Below are positions 39,890 to 54,624 of a stretch of 64,000 nucleotides of DNA, piece by piece. The stretch's first letter is position 1. The number at the start of each line of letters is the position of its first letter. Origin of the DNA: Eledone cirrhosa (Eukaryota); assembly GCA_964016885.1 (NCBI GenBank), contig OZ024742.1, positions 239,320,001 to 239,384,000 on the forward strand, read 5' to 3'. The notes under the pieces are model-generated. The model was not told the origin of the DNA. It did not search any database and was given only the letters and a program-made list of their open reading frames with translations. Made by a program: the position numbers and the translations under genes.

Positions 39890-42800
39890 TCTTTAGAGGG
39901 AGGTAGTAGTTAAGGAATGGTTATGGAGGGGTCATGGATGTAGGTGCAGTTGTAGTGTGGATAGATGGTGGGAAGTGTTAGTGGGAGGGGGGGGGGGGGC
40001 TCATGGATGGATCAGGTCATACTGTATGATTCTGTCTGGGTCTTCTATCCCATGTATTCTTGAGTCGGCCTTTTCCTCAGGTTCCAGCCTTTGGGATTGC
40101 TCTGCATTTCCTTAAGCAGCTGCTATCCTCCTTACATATCACATGTCCATACCAGCACAGTTTTCTCTCTTGCACATTACACCCAATTCCTCTTATGCTA
40201 AGTTTTCCTCTCAGTTCACTTATGCTATGTCGTTCATGCACACTAACATTACACAACCATTGGAGCATACTAGCTTCATTTCCCTCCATCCTTTGTAGGT
40301 CTTCTGCGGTTAAGTCCCATATTCCACTGCCATGTAGCATTACAGTTTGCACTCAGGCATCATACAGTCTACCCTTCATTCTGAGACAGAAGCTCTTTGT
40401 TGTCAGCAGGGGTATCAACTCTCTAAACTTCTTCCAGCCTATTCTGATCCTGGCTATCACACTTTCAGTGCATCCTCCCCTACTGCTAATTTGATCGCCT
40501 AAGTAACAAAAGCCTCCCCAGCAGCTGAACGAATCTATTTCACATGAGTTCTTAGTGCTTATTTCTCTTGTGCATCTGTCACATACAAAGTCTATCTTTT
40601 CCATTAATCTGCCTGCAATCCCACTACATCTCTTGTGCATCCATAGATTGCATTGTGTGCACTTTATTGAATTTCTGCCCATTCCTTTCTGACATATCGA
40701 CCAAGGCTATTTCCTTGATGGTACCACCCTCCTGTCCTCTTTCCTACTTAGCACTTTTGATTTTGCTAAGTTTAATTTTAGGCTCTTCAATTCTAGGTTT
40801 TTCTTCAATGCTTGAAATTTTACTTCTAGCTCTCCCACAAATTAGGCTGTGAGGACTAAGTCGTCAGCATATAGGTGTTCCCATGAAGTGCCAGTTTAAA
40901 ACTCCTCAGTGATGGCCTGAAGAACAATAATAAACCACCTGCACTTCAAATTCATCATTGTATGTGCTTCCAACCCTCACCCTGTAGTTGCTCCTTTTTA
41001 CATGGCCTGCACAGTCATAACAAGCCATTCATTTACACCTAGTGTTGGATCCTATCAAAGACCTTCTCCATATCTACAAAAGCCAGACACAGTGGCTTAT
41101 TCTTAGTTAAGTACCTTTCCTGCAGTTATCTCAATATAAAGAGGGCATCAATAGTACTCCTGCCTGGCATAAATCTAAACTGCTTTTCATCTAACTTGAT
41201 TCTATTCCTAATTAGTTGTGCTATAACTCTTTCAGCAATTTTCATGACCTGGTTCATCAACTTGATACCTCTGTAGTTACTTCTCTGTAGTGCATCTTCT
41301 TTGCCCCTGTAACAATTTACAATGATACTGCTACACCAGCTATTGTGTATAACTCCTTCCTCTACTACTTGATTAACTATGCATCTGACTAGCTCATATC
41401 CTACCATGCCAAATGCTTTTAGCATGCCAGATGGTTTAGCCGCCTTCCCTACCTTTATCTCCTTAATTGTGTTATCTATCACACTGCTGTCAACTTTTAC
41501 AGCTCGTCTCTCAGCTGGATCTACATGGGGTTGGAACTTGCTGTCCCATTTATTCCCTTCGTTCAGCAGTCTCTCCTAGTAAATTATCCATGCTTTCTTC
41601 TTTTTGGCATCATACAGGGCAAGTGCTCCACTCTCATTTCGAATGCACTTTTCCCCAATCACATCACAATTATCTCTAGTACACTGTCTCTCGATCCGAA
41701 ACACTTCACTCCTTTGATCTTTGTGACGCAGAACGTGAGCAAATTTCTTCTTTTCTGCCTCAGCCTTTGCTAAGTATATCTGGTGTCTGGCCTCTCTTCT
41801 AGTTATTTGGTGTTTCTCCTTGTCTCCCCCTTTTCTGCAGTTTCTTCAAGCTTGTCTTTTTGTTTTTATGGCTACCTTATCATTCTACCACCATGTCACC
41901 CTCCAACTTACTGGGTTCTTGCTCCAGCTGCAGACCTGGTTTGTGGCTTCCAGTAGGTTGTCCCATCAGAAACCCTAGTTTTCTTCTATGTTATATGTCA
42001 CCATATCCTCTTCCTTACTGTCAAAGGCATCAAGTAGGATTTGTCTGTATTTATTACCTGCCACAGGTTCTCTTATCTTGCAGGTCTTCCTTCTCCTGAT
42101 TGGCTTTTATCTTGTCATCCATTTCGCACTTATTCTAAGGTCACTGACAACTAGTCTATGTTGGGAGATACATTCTTCCCCAGGAAAGGCTTTGACATCT
42201 ACAACCATTTGCCTATACTGTTTCCTGGTAAGGATGAAGTCTATTTGGTTTGTATGCTCTCCTGATTGGTAGGTAATCAGGTGATTGGCTGTTTTCTTGA
42301 AGTTTGTGTTACAGATCATTAAGTTGAGAGCATCACAGAACTCCAGAAGCCTAGTCCCTGCCTCATTTCTTGTGCTATAACTATAGCCTCCATGTACGCC
42401 AGGGAATCTGCCATAATGTTTCCTAACATGTCCACTGAAGTCACCAGCTGTGATCATAAGATCACTGTCATTTGTCATTGAGGTCCGTATGAGGGCCTCA
42501 TAGAAATGGGTTTTTTGTTCGTTGGCTAGTCCAGCTTGTGTGGCATATGCAGATAATATGGTGGCTGTAGTATTACCCAAAGTTTAATTATTCTATCTCT
42601 CACTCTGACTACATCAGTTACCTGGTCTACCCATCACTCAACGGGAAACATTCCTATTTCACTCACCCCATTATTGCAACCCACCCAAAAGAATTTGTAT
42701 AATTGTTCTTTGCCTGTGATGAGTCTGGCTGAAATACCCCTCCACCTTACTTTTTGCATATATCTACATGTTTCCCTGCTGCATCTCCACAATTTCACCA

Positions 42801-42900
42801 CACTTATTTTTCATTCTCTCAACATTGATAGTGGCAAATCTTAAGTTTTGTGTTTGAGTATCTTGCTATTTTCATGGGCCTGAAGGGTAGGAGGACTGCA
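39890..42900 (-). mobile_element. Near full-length degenerate RTE LINE family D (APE, RT, PHD-like finger)
   Basis: 42107-42580 APE (SAYA, AGDFSGHV, QIDFIL, SQHRLVV); 41126-41482 RT; 40353-40682 CTQCNLWMHKRC..CDRC, FCYLG. Confidence 0.88.
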
Positions 42901-43616
42901 TGTTTGTTTTGGGATAGTCATGCTATATACATGCTTGTTGAGGTCTTTCATGTACTGCATTCTGTAGTTGCTCAGATGCCTGTAGTTTCTACCAGTACCA
43001 GCAACAGCTGGGGCCACCTCTAGTTGCTAGGACTGTTGTAGTTTGCATGGGCTTCCTGTTGATCTCTGATGTAGTGAGTATAGCATTTACTATACTGTGT
43101 AGATGGATTGGAAGGGGAATGTCCATGTCCATATCTACATATATATTACGAGAGCATACAGCTCTCCGCACATGTAGGGTTATGCATATATGTATCACTT
43201 TTCAGCAGAAAGGGGTTGGGGTGCATTCATCATCACATGGTGTGCAGGTAGAAATGGGGCAGGCAAAATGACTACCTAATGGTTGGGACGCTTCTAATTG
43301 AAACAAATTATAAATGCTAGAATTTTTTAGTGGAACGCATGATAAAAACGTTTAAATGGAATTAATTAAATAAATAAGACCTTTTGGTGGCCCTACTGTT
43401 GCTTGATTTTTCAGTAAACCACATACATGCTGCAATTACATATTTAGTATTCTGCAGTAGAGTGTAAAACTCCAATGTATACACTGTTAATTTTACATAT
43501 ATATGTGCGTTTATATGTATATGTGAATATGTATATATGCATAAATATATGTAAGTGTGCAAAGATATTTGTAAGTCAATGTATGTAAGCGTCTATATAT
43601 ATACATGTGTGTGTGT

Positions 43617-43668
<52 letters not shown>

Positions 43669-43673
<5 letters not shown>

Positions 43674-44600
43674 CAGTGGGGGAGGGTGCTCTGAAAGTAT
43701 AGTAGCTAGAGTCAGAACTGGATGGAAAAAGTTCAGAGAGCTTATACCACAATTAGCCGCTAAAGGGTTCTCTCTAAAAATGAAAGGCAGGCTGTATGCT
43801 GCCTGCATACGAACAGCAATGTTGCATGGCAGTGAGACCTGGGCATTGTGTGCAGAGGATATATGCAGACTAGAGAGGAACGAAGCTTGCATGCTCCGCT
43901 GGATGTGTAATAGTAATATACGTAAACGGCAAAGCATAAACGAACTAAGAGGGATCAGATGTTGTTTACTTGAGAGAAGGCTACGTTGGTATGGTCACGT
44001 GATGCACATGAAAGACGACAACTGTATAAAAAAGTGCAGGGCAATAAAAATAGACGGTAGCCACGGAGTAGGCAAACCCAGAAAAACCTGGGACGACTTG
44101 ATAAATTCCGACCTCACACACTTACACCTCTCCAAGACAATGTCACTGGACCGAGATCTTTGGCGTTACACAGTAATAGAGAAGACCCGCCTTACCTAAA
44201 TACAAAGTAAAACCTACTACAGTCAGTAGGCACCTCTAACAAAATACACCCCCGTCCCACTACCTCCACCCCATCCACACCACCCCTTTCAATGTAAAGT
44301 TATGTTGGTACCACAACATCCAGGCCGAAACAAATGAGGTCGTGTAGGTGTCACGACAAAAAAACACACAGTCCACGCTGTAATGTGGCCGTGTAGGTAA
44401 CACGGTAAAAACCTCCCAGTTCCACACTGTAAATGTGGTTGGTGTTAGGAAGGGTATCCAGCCGTAGAAAACCTGCCAGACAGTCCTATACGAGCGAGAC
44501 ACGGTCTCCCGACCAATCTTGCCTCAAGTGGGACAATTCCTGCCTAAACCCATGCTAGCGTGGAAGATAGATGTTAAACGATGAGGATGATGATGATGAT
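43669..44600 (+). mobile_element. RTE family A 3' fragment inserted in (TA)n
   Basis: [24 protein letters not shown]...EKTRLT*, UTR and (ATG)n tail. Confidence 0.93.
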
Positions 44601-44620
44601 ATATATATATATATATATAT

Positions 44621-45080
44621 ATACTAATTTTAAAAACACCAAAGATTCAAGGCATTGTGAAACTGACATATGTTTCTGCTGACCTAAATCTCACTCTAGG
44701 GTCATAGAATTGCAATTCCCAAAACCTAAAATTTTTAGAGTTTTATAACTTGACCTTCAGGAGTTCGTTCAAGGTTGGCATCATCGAGTTTAGTTTTGCA
44801 TATCAATATTTCATTAAGGTTGACTGTTCATTACTCATATACCATTCACAATAACAACAAATTCAAGGATACTCAACAAAATTCAAGATTTCGAGAAATC
44901 TCCAAAAACTTTAGAGAATCTTTACAAAAAAATGAATAAGAGTTCTTAAACATTTTTTAAAAAAATTTTGTGGTTTTTGGAATTGCAATTTTATGACCCT
45001 AGAGTAAGGTTTAGGTTGGCAGAAACATATGTCAGTTTGACAATGCCTTGAATCATTGGTGTTTTTAAAATTAGTATATA
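44621..45080. repeat. Fold-back inverted repeat (~110-bp arms) with hammerhead 3' half GAAAC-atat-GTC
   Basis: actaattttaaaaacacc...gacatatgtttctgc...gggtcat vs atgaccc...gcagaaacatatgtc...ggtgtttttaaaattagt. Confidence 0.8.
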
Positions 45081-45212
45081 ACAGCTCTGCATGAACCCTA
45101 TTGCATTGAGTTTTTAACCATCCAGTAAAGCAGTTTTAATACTCCATTTATTAATAATATTATTATTATTACCACTATTATATATATATATGTGTGTGTG
45201 TATGTGTGTATA

Positions 45213-46504
<1,292 letters not shown>

Positions 46505-46588
46505 CTATTGGGGAGCAGAGTACCAATAATAATAATTAGGGAACAAAGAATTCAGCAACATTTGGACATGAGTCTACATGTAAGAATT

Positions 46589-46673
46589 CATATCTGAGGA
46601 GCTTTAGATTCCAAAGTCAGGAACGAACACGGTCGTTCCTTGAGCTTATCGGCAGTGAAACATATGTAATATG
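46589..46673 (+). ncRNA. Type I hammerhead-like ribozyme with extended stem II
   Basis: CATAT-CTGAGGA-GCT...AGT-GAAAC-atat-GTA-ATATG: intact core, 5-bp stem I, palindromic stem III ACATATGT, internal hairpin aggaacga/tcgttcct. Confidence 0.7.
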
Positions 46674-48247
46674 TAATTAAATTTATTTATGATGCAATAG
46701 TGATTCTTTGCTCCCTAATTATTATATATATATATATGTGTGTGTGTGTACAAGTATATATGTGTGCATATCCACAAACATAAGTTATTTGACCAATTAT
46801 GTGTATGTGTATATATGTGTGAGCATGTATATGTGTATATATATATGTTTGCATATGTGTGTGTATATATACGAGAGTGATTATAATGGAATATTCCACT
46901 ATTAATTTTGGTAAGATGTGAAAAGCTCAAGGCACTCTTGAAGGCTACAATAAGTAGGGATTAGCTCCACCTCATTAGCACATTGTATAAGGGACTTAGG
47001 CCAATATAGAATACACTATTAATTTGAATATTCTTAAAATTGCCCAGGCAAACCAGCCAGGGAACTGAAGGTGTAATTTGTGCCTTACAGAATGCTTCTT
47101 AATTTTAAAAACTAAATCATTTATCTTAAACAGAAAATCTGAGATCCTTTCAATTTGCCTACATAAAAATTCCCACTCTTTTTACTATCATAAATATCAA
47201 TTTACATATTTAACATATAAGCCCTTCACTTTCACCAAACTTCAACCATATAATATTATTGAAGCTTTACTAGTTTTAATTTAAAAATCGTTTCACATCT
47301 TGAACCACTTCCAACCCAGTTATACCAATATAGTAATTATTAACATAATAAACAGACCATGTTGATTTTAAGCCCTCCCCCTTCACTGAGTCTTAACTAC
47401 ATCAAACTACACTTCTTGACAATACTATATCAATAAACCCTTAATAGTTCAATTTAAAGGCCTTTCAACATCTTATACTAACCCTTAGTAAATATCCTTT
47501 TCATTTTTTTTCTCCTATCTTTAATCTATGATTACTTGTCAGTACACATAACAACCCACTATATAATCTCTCTCTCTTGCTCTCTTTCTCTCTCTCTCTC
47601 TATATATATATACATAGCTTCTCCTCCTTGGTAATTTTGTTTTTCACGACACTCACCACAGATTCAAGAAATGGTTTATCCACAACCTTGTTTCTTCTTG
47701 GCTCCAAAAAACAATCGTCAACTTGGTCTTTTTCTTCATTTCTTTCCATAATTTTTGATCTGGAGGGGGGGAGAAAAATAATTAAGGGTGCAAAAGAAAG
47801 ATCCCAACAAGCTTTATTCAATTATATGATAGGTTTTAGGAGTAAAAACTGACTGAGTAAAACACAAAATAGGCCTCAATGGTGTCGTGGACAGTAAGTT
47901 CCTATAAGAAACATAATATGAGTGATCAACATGCTGCTAGTCATCAACACCTTTTAAAACAACTTACCAGTTTATCTTTCTAACATACCCAACATATAAT
48001 TGTTGTTTATTCCTTTAGAGTCCTTTAGAGTCCTTTAGGCCTAACTTAGACTTCCTCTTATTTAATTGCATAGATAATGAATTACGGCTGAATATTATGA
48101 TTGTGTTATTTATGACTTATACAGATTACACTGTGTACCCCGTACTCATAAGTATAATGATATAAGAAGGTGTGTATGTGTTATTGTATATATTTATATA
48201 TGTGAATACCCATTTCCATGTGTAATTCAAATTACCAGTCCACACAG

Positions 48248-48737
48248 TCATCATCATCATACGTCTATCTTCCACGCTAGCATGGGTTTAGGCAGGAATT
48301 GTCCCACTTGAGGCAAGATTGGTTGTCTTGCTCGTATAGGACTGTTTGGCAGGTTTTCTACGGCTGGATGCCCTTCCTAACACCAACCACGTTTACAGTG
48401 TGGACTGGGAGGTTGTTACCGTGTTACCTACACGGCCACATTACAGCGTGGACTGTGTTTTTTTGTCGTGACAGCTACACGACCTCATTTATTTAGGACT
48501 GGATGTTGTGGCACCAACAAAACTTTACAGAGAAAGGGGTGGTGTTGATGGGGGAGTTGGGGTAGTGGGAGGGGGTGTATATATTTGATTAAGAGGTGCC
48601 TACTGACTGTAGATTTTGCTTTGACTTAGGCAAGGTGGGTTTTCTGTATTACTGTGTAGCGCCAAAGATCTCGGTCCAGCGTCATTATCTTAGAGAGGTG
48701 TAAGTGTGTAAGGTCGGAATTTATGAAATCGTCCCAT
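48248..48737 (-). mobile_element. RTE family A 3' end
   Basis: 3' UTR and last codons of the ORF; (CAT)n tail. Confidence 0.88.
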
Positions 48738-49004
48738 ATTAACATATATTCTTATTTAAACCAGTCATTTTCCTAAACCAACACCGTATTTTACACAGTG
48801 ATTCTTAATCATTAAGTAATTTGATTACACTTAGTCATGCTATAACACTGGACATAAATTAAACAGATTGCTTTATGCCTAAATACACCACCCTGAAGAC
48901 GAAACACTGTTTTTATTACACACATATTAATTGCGCACACTGTTAGATATTATGCTGGTTTATATATCTGCTCCTGAATTTCTGTTATATCAGAGAACTA
49001 CTTA

Positions 49005-49177
49005 CTGTATTTGCCGGTGCCGAAGACGCTTTGTCCTCGAGGATGCACACTATATTTAAAAAAACAACCAAAGAATTGAAAAAAAATAGTAAACAACCTT
49101 CGGCCTCCAGGATGCATGGTAGATTTTTCAGACTTACTTTAGGAAAAAAGTAGCGTCTTCAATGCTGGGAAATACGG
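49005..49177. mobile_element. Tc1/mariner(pogo-like) MITE, copy 2
   Basis: TA|ctgtatttgccggtgccgaagacgct ... agcgtcttcaatgctgggaaatacgg|TA. Confidence 0.75.
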
Positions 49178-49526
49178 TAATTGCTATTGTAGGTTTTAAA
49201 CTTTCTATTTTTCTCTCTTTATATGTTACAAGATATTACAACATGTCACTATTGTATTATTCAATGCTTGCATGGAAAAACTCTATGGTCTTATGCCTCA
49301 TAAACCTTAAAAAATACAACTTCATTGCAACTGCTGCTCTCTACTTGCATTGCTTTGCCTGCTTTTTTTCATTGCTTGCTAATGTTCATGATACATGTTT
49401 GTGCTGAATTTAATCCCTCTAAATTCTCTTGAAGATATGCTGGTGTGCTTGTATACAATGTCAATAATTATTAATTAATTATAACTGATTAATTCATTAT
49501 TTACATGAATATATAAATATATAACC

Positions 49527-49603
49527 AAAAATATATGGAGGAGAAAGCAAGACATTTAAAAAAAATTGTTTTTAAATGTCTTGCTTTCTCCTCCATATAT
49601 TTT
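49527..49603. repeat. Palindrome (~35-bp arms)
   Basis: aaaatatatggaggagaaagcaagacatttaaaaa / tttttaaatgtcttgctttctcctccatatatttt. Confidence 0.9.
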
Positions 49604-50151
49604 AAATTATATCCGCTCTGCTTACCTTCTGCATTTAACTCCACTATAATATTTAACATTGCATCTCTAAGCATCGAGCATGCCTTGCTTTGGCTATAGG
49701 CATCTAATATATTATATCATACTTTCTCCTCTATTCTTATGATATATATCTCTTACTTTGATATATAAATATATATATGTATATATGGATAACTCTTGAG
49801 GTCTATGAGTGTATAAACATGTATATGTCCATGTATCTATATGTACCTAGGTCTGCCTGTGCCTATATATCTATATTGTGAGTCTATATATGTGTATGTA
49901 TATGTATGTGTATATATATATGTAGCAAATAAAATCAAAGTTTAGTGTTCCTGAAGAAGACAGTCAATCGAACATGAATTTTGAGACTAGAAATAGATAG
50001 TAATGTAACCACTAGCATGCTAGTCGATACATCAATCTTTCCATGATCAATCGACCCTCTGGAATGATCATAAAACAACAAACTAATTAACTCCCTATCT
50101 CTGACTTCCGTCTTGTTTTCATTCTTCTATACACACACACATGAATGCATA

Positions 50152-50221
<70 letters not shown>

Positions 50222-51168
50222 TAAACGGAATAGAAAATGCTGACAAATTGTTCACAGTTGAAAAATGGTTTAATTAGGAATAAAAGAGTATTAGTAATTG
50301 TATGGGTTAGTATTCAGTTGTGGTTTTAAGTTTTTAAGTTTTTACCGGTTGCGCATTTCTAAATGCTTTTCAAAAATAATTTTGAGATAGAGTGTCCGTG
50401 TTGTTTGCTCTGATCTGTATATATATATATGTGTATGTGTGTGTATGTTCATATAAACCATAAATCCTAGTTAAGTAATTATCTCCCTTTAACTGTCATA
50501 TAAAATTCATATAAAACAAAAAGAATTGATCAAACAGGGTACATATGATTTGTGTTGTTTTAAATAATATATTAGTAAATAAAGTTTCAGTGTGTCATAT
50601 TGGGAGATGTAATTCTCCACTTGCCTGCACCCTGCTTTACAGGGCTTGACTTCAACGTATTTTGTTTTATTTTATACTTGCTTTGCTTCTGAGGAGGTAA
50701 TACTATGGTTTTTTTTTCTTTATTTTTCTTTACACATGTTATACACAAATTTATCCTTTTAACTGACTGTGTAATGACCCATGGCATCGCCAAAACAACT
50801 GCAAAGCGTTAAATGAGTTAACTTGATTCAATCTCTTTCTTTGTTTAGATATATATATCATCATCACCATCATCATATATATGTCTTTAACCTGTCTGTA
50901 TTTTCATTGTTGTAGTATTAAGGTGGCAGCATGCCTCTAGTCGCATTTTTCATTGTGTCACATTATCTAACTTATGTTGATTACTCTGAGGATTAATTTA
51001 TTGATTTCTCTCTCATTGAGTGCTTTGTGGCAGCCTCCAAATATCGATTGCAAACCTGCTACTCACAGCTGCAACTTCGGTTATACTCATTATTATTATT
51101 AAGGCCAGTGGATTGACAGTATCAGTAGAGGGTTGGACGCCATTCAGCTAAAGACAAAAAGGTATATA

Positions 51169-52076
51169 CGAGGGTAATCCCAAAAGTAAGGTCTCCAAAG
51201 CGATGGGGACGCAGAGAAACTGTTCGTACGGCTGTTGGCAACACTGTTGTGATTGGTGCTTCCTTCACTCCCAAACAAGCATGCGCGCACTTCGCTGGGA
51301 TACTCAATGTTGGCTTGGCAGCCGTTGAGAATGCAGTTCCCGTTGAACACTACCGCCAAGTGCGAAGTTTGCTCAGTTATTCAGTTTTTAAACGCAAAAG
51401 GCGTTGAACCGATTGAAATTCATCGCCAATTGACGGAAGTGTATGGACAGTCGTGCATGGATGTCAAAAACGTTCGCAAGTGGTGTAGAGAGTTTACAGC
51501 TGGTCGCACTGAAATTTACGACGAACGAAGGAGTGGGAGACCATCAATTTCCGACGACACAGTTGCAAAGGTTGAGGAAAACATGCGTAAAGATCGACGG
51601 ATCACTCTGGATGCTTCTCTGCATTTTGATTCCTAAGGTTTCCTGAAGCACCACCCACAGGACTTTAACGGAAGAATTGCGACTGTCTCGTCGGAAATTG
51701 ACGGTCTCCCGCTCCTTTGTTTGTCGTGAATTTCAGTACGACCGGCTGTAAACTCTCTACACCACTTGCGAACGTTTTTGACATCCATGCACGACTGTCC
51801 ATACACTTCCGTCAATTGGCGATGAATTTCAATCGGTTCAACACCTTTTGCGTTCAAAAACCGAATAACTGCACGAACTTCGCACTTGGCGGTAGTGTTC
51901 AACGGGAGCTGCATTCTCAACGGCTGCCAAGCCAACATTGAGCATCCCAGCGAAGCGCGCGCATGCTTGTTTGGGAGTGAAGGAAGCACCAATCACAACA
52001 GTGTTGCCAACAGCTGTACGAACAGTTTCTCTGCGTCCCCATCGCTTTGGAGACCTTACTTTTGAGATTGCCCTCG
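51169..52076. mobile_element. Mariner-derived foldback element with ~395-bp inverted arms, each encoding the transposase N-terminal HTH
   Basis: TA|CGAGGGTAATCCCAAAAGTAAGGTCTCC ... GGAGACCTTACTTTTGAGATTGCCCTCG|TA; mirror ORFs 51253-51636 (+) and 51633-51992 (-). Confidence 0.93.
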
Positions 52077-52334
52077 TATGAGGTTTAATTGCCTCTTTAT
52101 ATGTTGTTGAAATTTGAAATTTTAGAAATGTGAGAAGCCCAAATGCAGAAGATGACTAATAACTCTCAATCTCTATAAATAATTGCTGAGAAAAATTGGT
52201 AAATTACCCCTTAGAAACAAAAAAATCACCCAGTGCTTCAATATGTTGTTGAATTTGACAGCTGAGCTGATGGCAGTATTCTTTGGCCATTAGCTTATCA
52301 ATGAATTCCATAGATGGAAACTAATCGAAGCTTA

Positions 52335-52844
52335 TCATCATCATCATCATCATTATTAGATGCTTGCATGGGTTTGGACGTGAATTGTCCCACTTGATTG
52401 ATCCCAAGATTTGTTGTCCTGCTCGTATAGGACTGTCTAGCAGGTTTTCTACGGCTGGATGCCCTTCCTAACACCAACCACGTTTACAGTGTGGACTGGG
52501 AGGTTTTTACCATGTTACCTACACGGCCACATTACAGCGTGGACTGTGTGTTTTTTTGTCGTGACACCTACACGACCTCATTTGTTTCGGACTGGATATT
52601 GTGGTACCAACATAACTTCACATTTAAGGGGGTGGTGGGGATGGGGTGGGGGTAGTGGGACGGGGGGTGGGGTATTTTGTTAGAGGTGCCTACTGACTGT
52701 AGGTTTTGCTTTGTACTTAGGCAAGGATCTCGGTCAGAGGTGTAAGTGTGTGAGGTCGGAATTTATCAAGTTGTCCCAGGTTTTTCTGGGTCTGCCTACT
52801 TCGTGGCTACCATCTATTTTTATCGCCCTGCACTTTTTTATACA
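52335..52844 (-). mobile_element. RTE family A 3' end
   Basis: 3' UTR plus decayed C-terminal codons. Confidence 0.85.
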
Positions 52845-52884
52845 ATGTATATATCATAATATATATATTATATAATTTTTTTAT

Positions 52885-53215
52885 AATCATTTTACGTCCG
52901 CTTTTCCCTGCTTGTAAGGGTGGGAAGGGAACTGATTCTGGCTTGATTTCTACAGCTGGGTGCCCTTCCTAACACCAACCTCATTTACAGTGAGTGCTGG
53001 GTGCTTTTTTTTTGCTGTGGCACCTCCACGACCACTTTGCAGTGGAATGATATGGACCCCAGTCGCTATCATCTCATTTCTACAGCTGAGTAAACTGGAG
53101 CAATGTGAAATAAAGTGTCTTGCTCAAGGAAACAACACATCACCCGGTCTGAGAATTGAACTCACAACCTTTCGATTGCAAGCCCAATGCTCTAACCACT
53201 AAGCCATGTGCCTCC
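52885..53215 (-). mobile_element. tRNA-derived CORE-type SINE
   Basis: Matches the other copies. Confidence 0.9.
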
Positions 53216-53247
53216 ACATATATATATATGTATTTAATATAGAAATA

Positions 53248-53297
53248 GCTTCTACAGGACTAGAACTGTTTCATTCAAAGGAAATCATCAGGAAAGC
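53248..53297 (-). ncRNA. Compact type I hammerhead-like ribozyme
   Basis: Minus strand GCTTTC-CTGATGA-tTTCctttGAAt-GAAACAG-ttctagtc-CTGTA-GAAGC; canonical core, GUA triplet, 4-bp stem III. Confidence 0.7.
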
Positions 53298-53357
53298 CCT
53301 GCTATGTACTTGAGTACTTTACTTACTCATATATATATATATACATATACATATATA

Positions 53358-54624
53358 CAGTGGTGTAGCTAGGGTGTGGCAAGCAGGGCACATGCCATGG
53401 GTGCCATATTTAGGGGGCGCAATTTCGACCTAGATCGATTTACATCCATGTCATTTTTATCATTTTTAAAAATCTAAGCCAAAAATGAAGCATGTGATTT
53501 CTTGATAGCCGACTTCCACGCCATGTCTAGTGCACTAGACAGAGCAGATGTCTGATTTGACTTCACAAAAACGCCCCCCCCCCTCCACACTGACAGCAGG
53601 GTGGGTTGCAATTATGCGTGCGTTATTTTTAGCTATACATTGCAAAACAGCGGATACCTCACTTGACCCCCCCCCCCCTCCTCCTCCACACACACACTGA
53701 CTGGACGTGCAACTGGTGGACACGCAGGTACTATTGTTAGCAATGCATTGCAATGACCAATACAAGATAATTATAATTATGAAGCTGGTTTACAAAACAG
53801 AGTAGTTTGTCTGGTACATAAGACGAGTCTCTTGAAATGGGCTCCGACTTCTGCCAGAAATGGAATGTTGATTTTCCGAGGAGGCGAGGAAGATGACAAA
53901 CCAATACCGAAATTACTGAGGACGTCGAGGTGGCTGCCAGAAAAAAGATAGAGAGAGCAATGCAAAGTTCACTCAATCGTCTTCAAACAGAAATGGAAGA
54001 ACGGTTTATTCGATTTAAGGAAACCCACTCAAGTTTTGGCTTTCTTCTTGATGTCAACTATCTGTTTTATTTGGCTGCTCCTGATAACCTTGTCCTCAAA
54101 AAAAGGTCTTGCAGAACTATACAACTCCGACATCGACGGAGAGCAATTGTATGAGGAAATCTTGGATTGCCGATCTTTGCTGTCTACTAGGACAGCTGAC
54201 CCAATTTTAAAGCCGGAGGCACTTCTCCAATTCATCATACAATACGGCGATGAATGTGTTTTTCCCAATTTGTGAATCAGCATTCAAATAATGTTGACGA
54301 TTTCTATTTCAATTGCCAGTTACGAGAGGTTGTTCAGCAAGCTGAAGTTAATACATTCGTATTTGCAAACCTCAATGGGCCAACAACGGCTGACTGACCT
54401 CGCCCTTTTGAGTGTAGAAATCGAAGAGTTTGAACGAACTTATTTCGAGGAAATTATCAACCAGTTTTCCTCATTAAAAGCTCGAAAAATCAAGTTGTAA
54501 CCGTTTTTTTTGTTTTTTATTATAAATTCTACCGCAATTTCGTCTTTGTGGATCTTGACTTTTTGATGGGGGAGCGCAATTTTGATGCTTGCCCTGGGCG
54601 CCGTTTATCCTAGCTACACCACTG
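53358..54624 (+). mobile_element. Internally deleted hAT transposon (Tip100/ZMYM-like) retaining the dimerisation-domain region
   Basis: Perfect 16-bp TIR CAGTGGTGTAGCTAGG/CCTAGCTACACCACTG; 8-bp TSD CATATATA on both sides; VFPNL..LTISISIASYERLFSKLKLIHSYLQTSMGQQRLTDLALLSVE. Confidence 0.95.

Noticed and set aside
48885-48915. CTGAAGA-c-GAAAC as a hammerhead
   Set aside because: No stem II and no convincing stem I/III pairing
49945-50080. CTGAAGA-agac...gtc-GATAC possible hammerhead
   Set aside because: Core mutated and stems I/III not resolvable by eye
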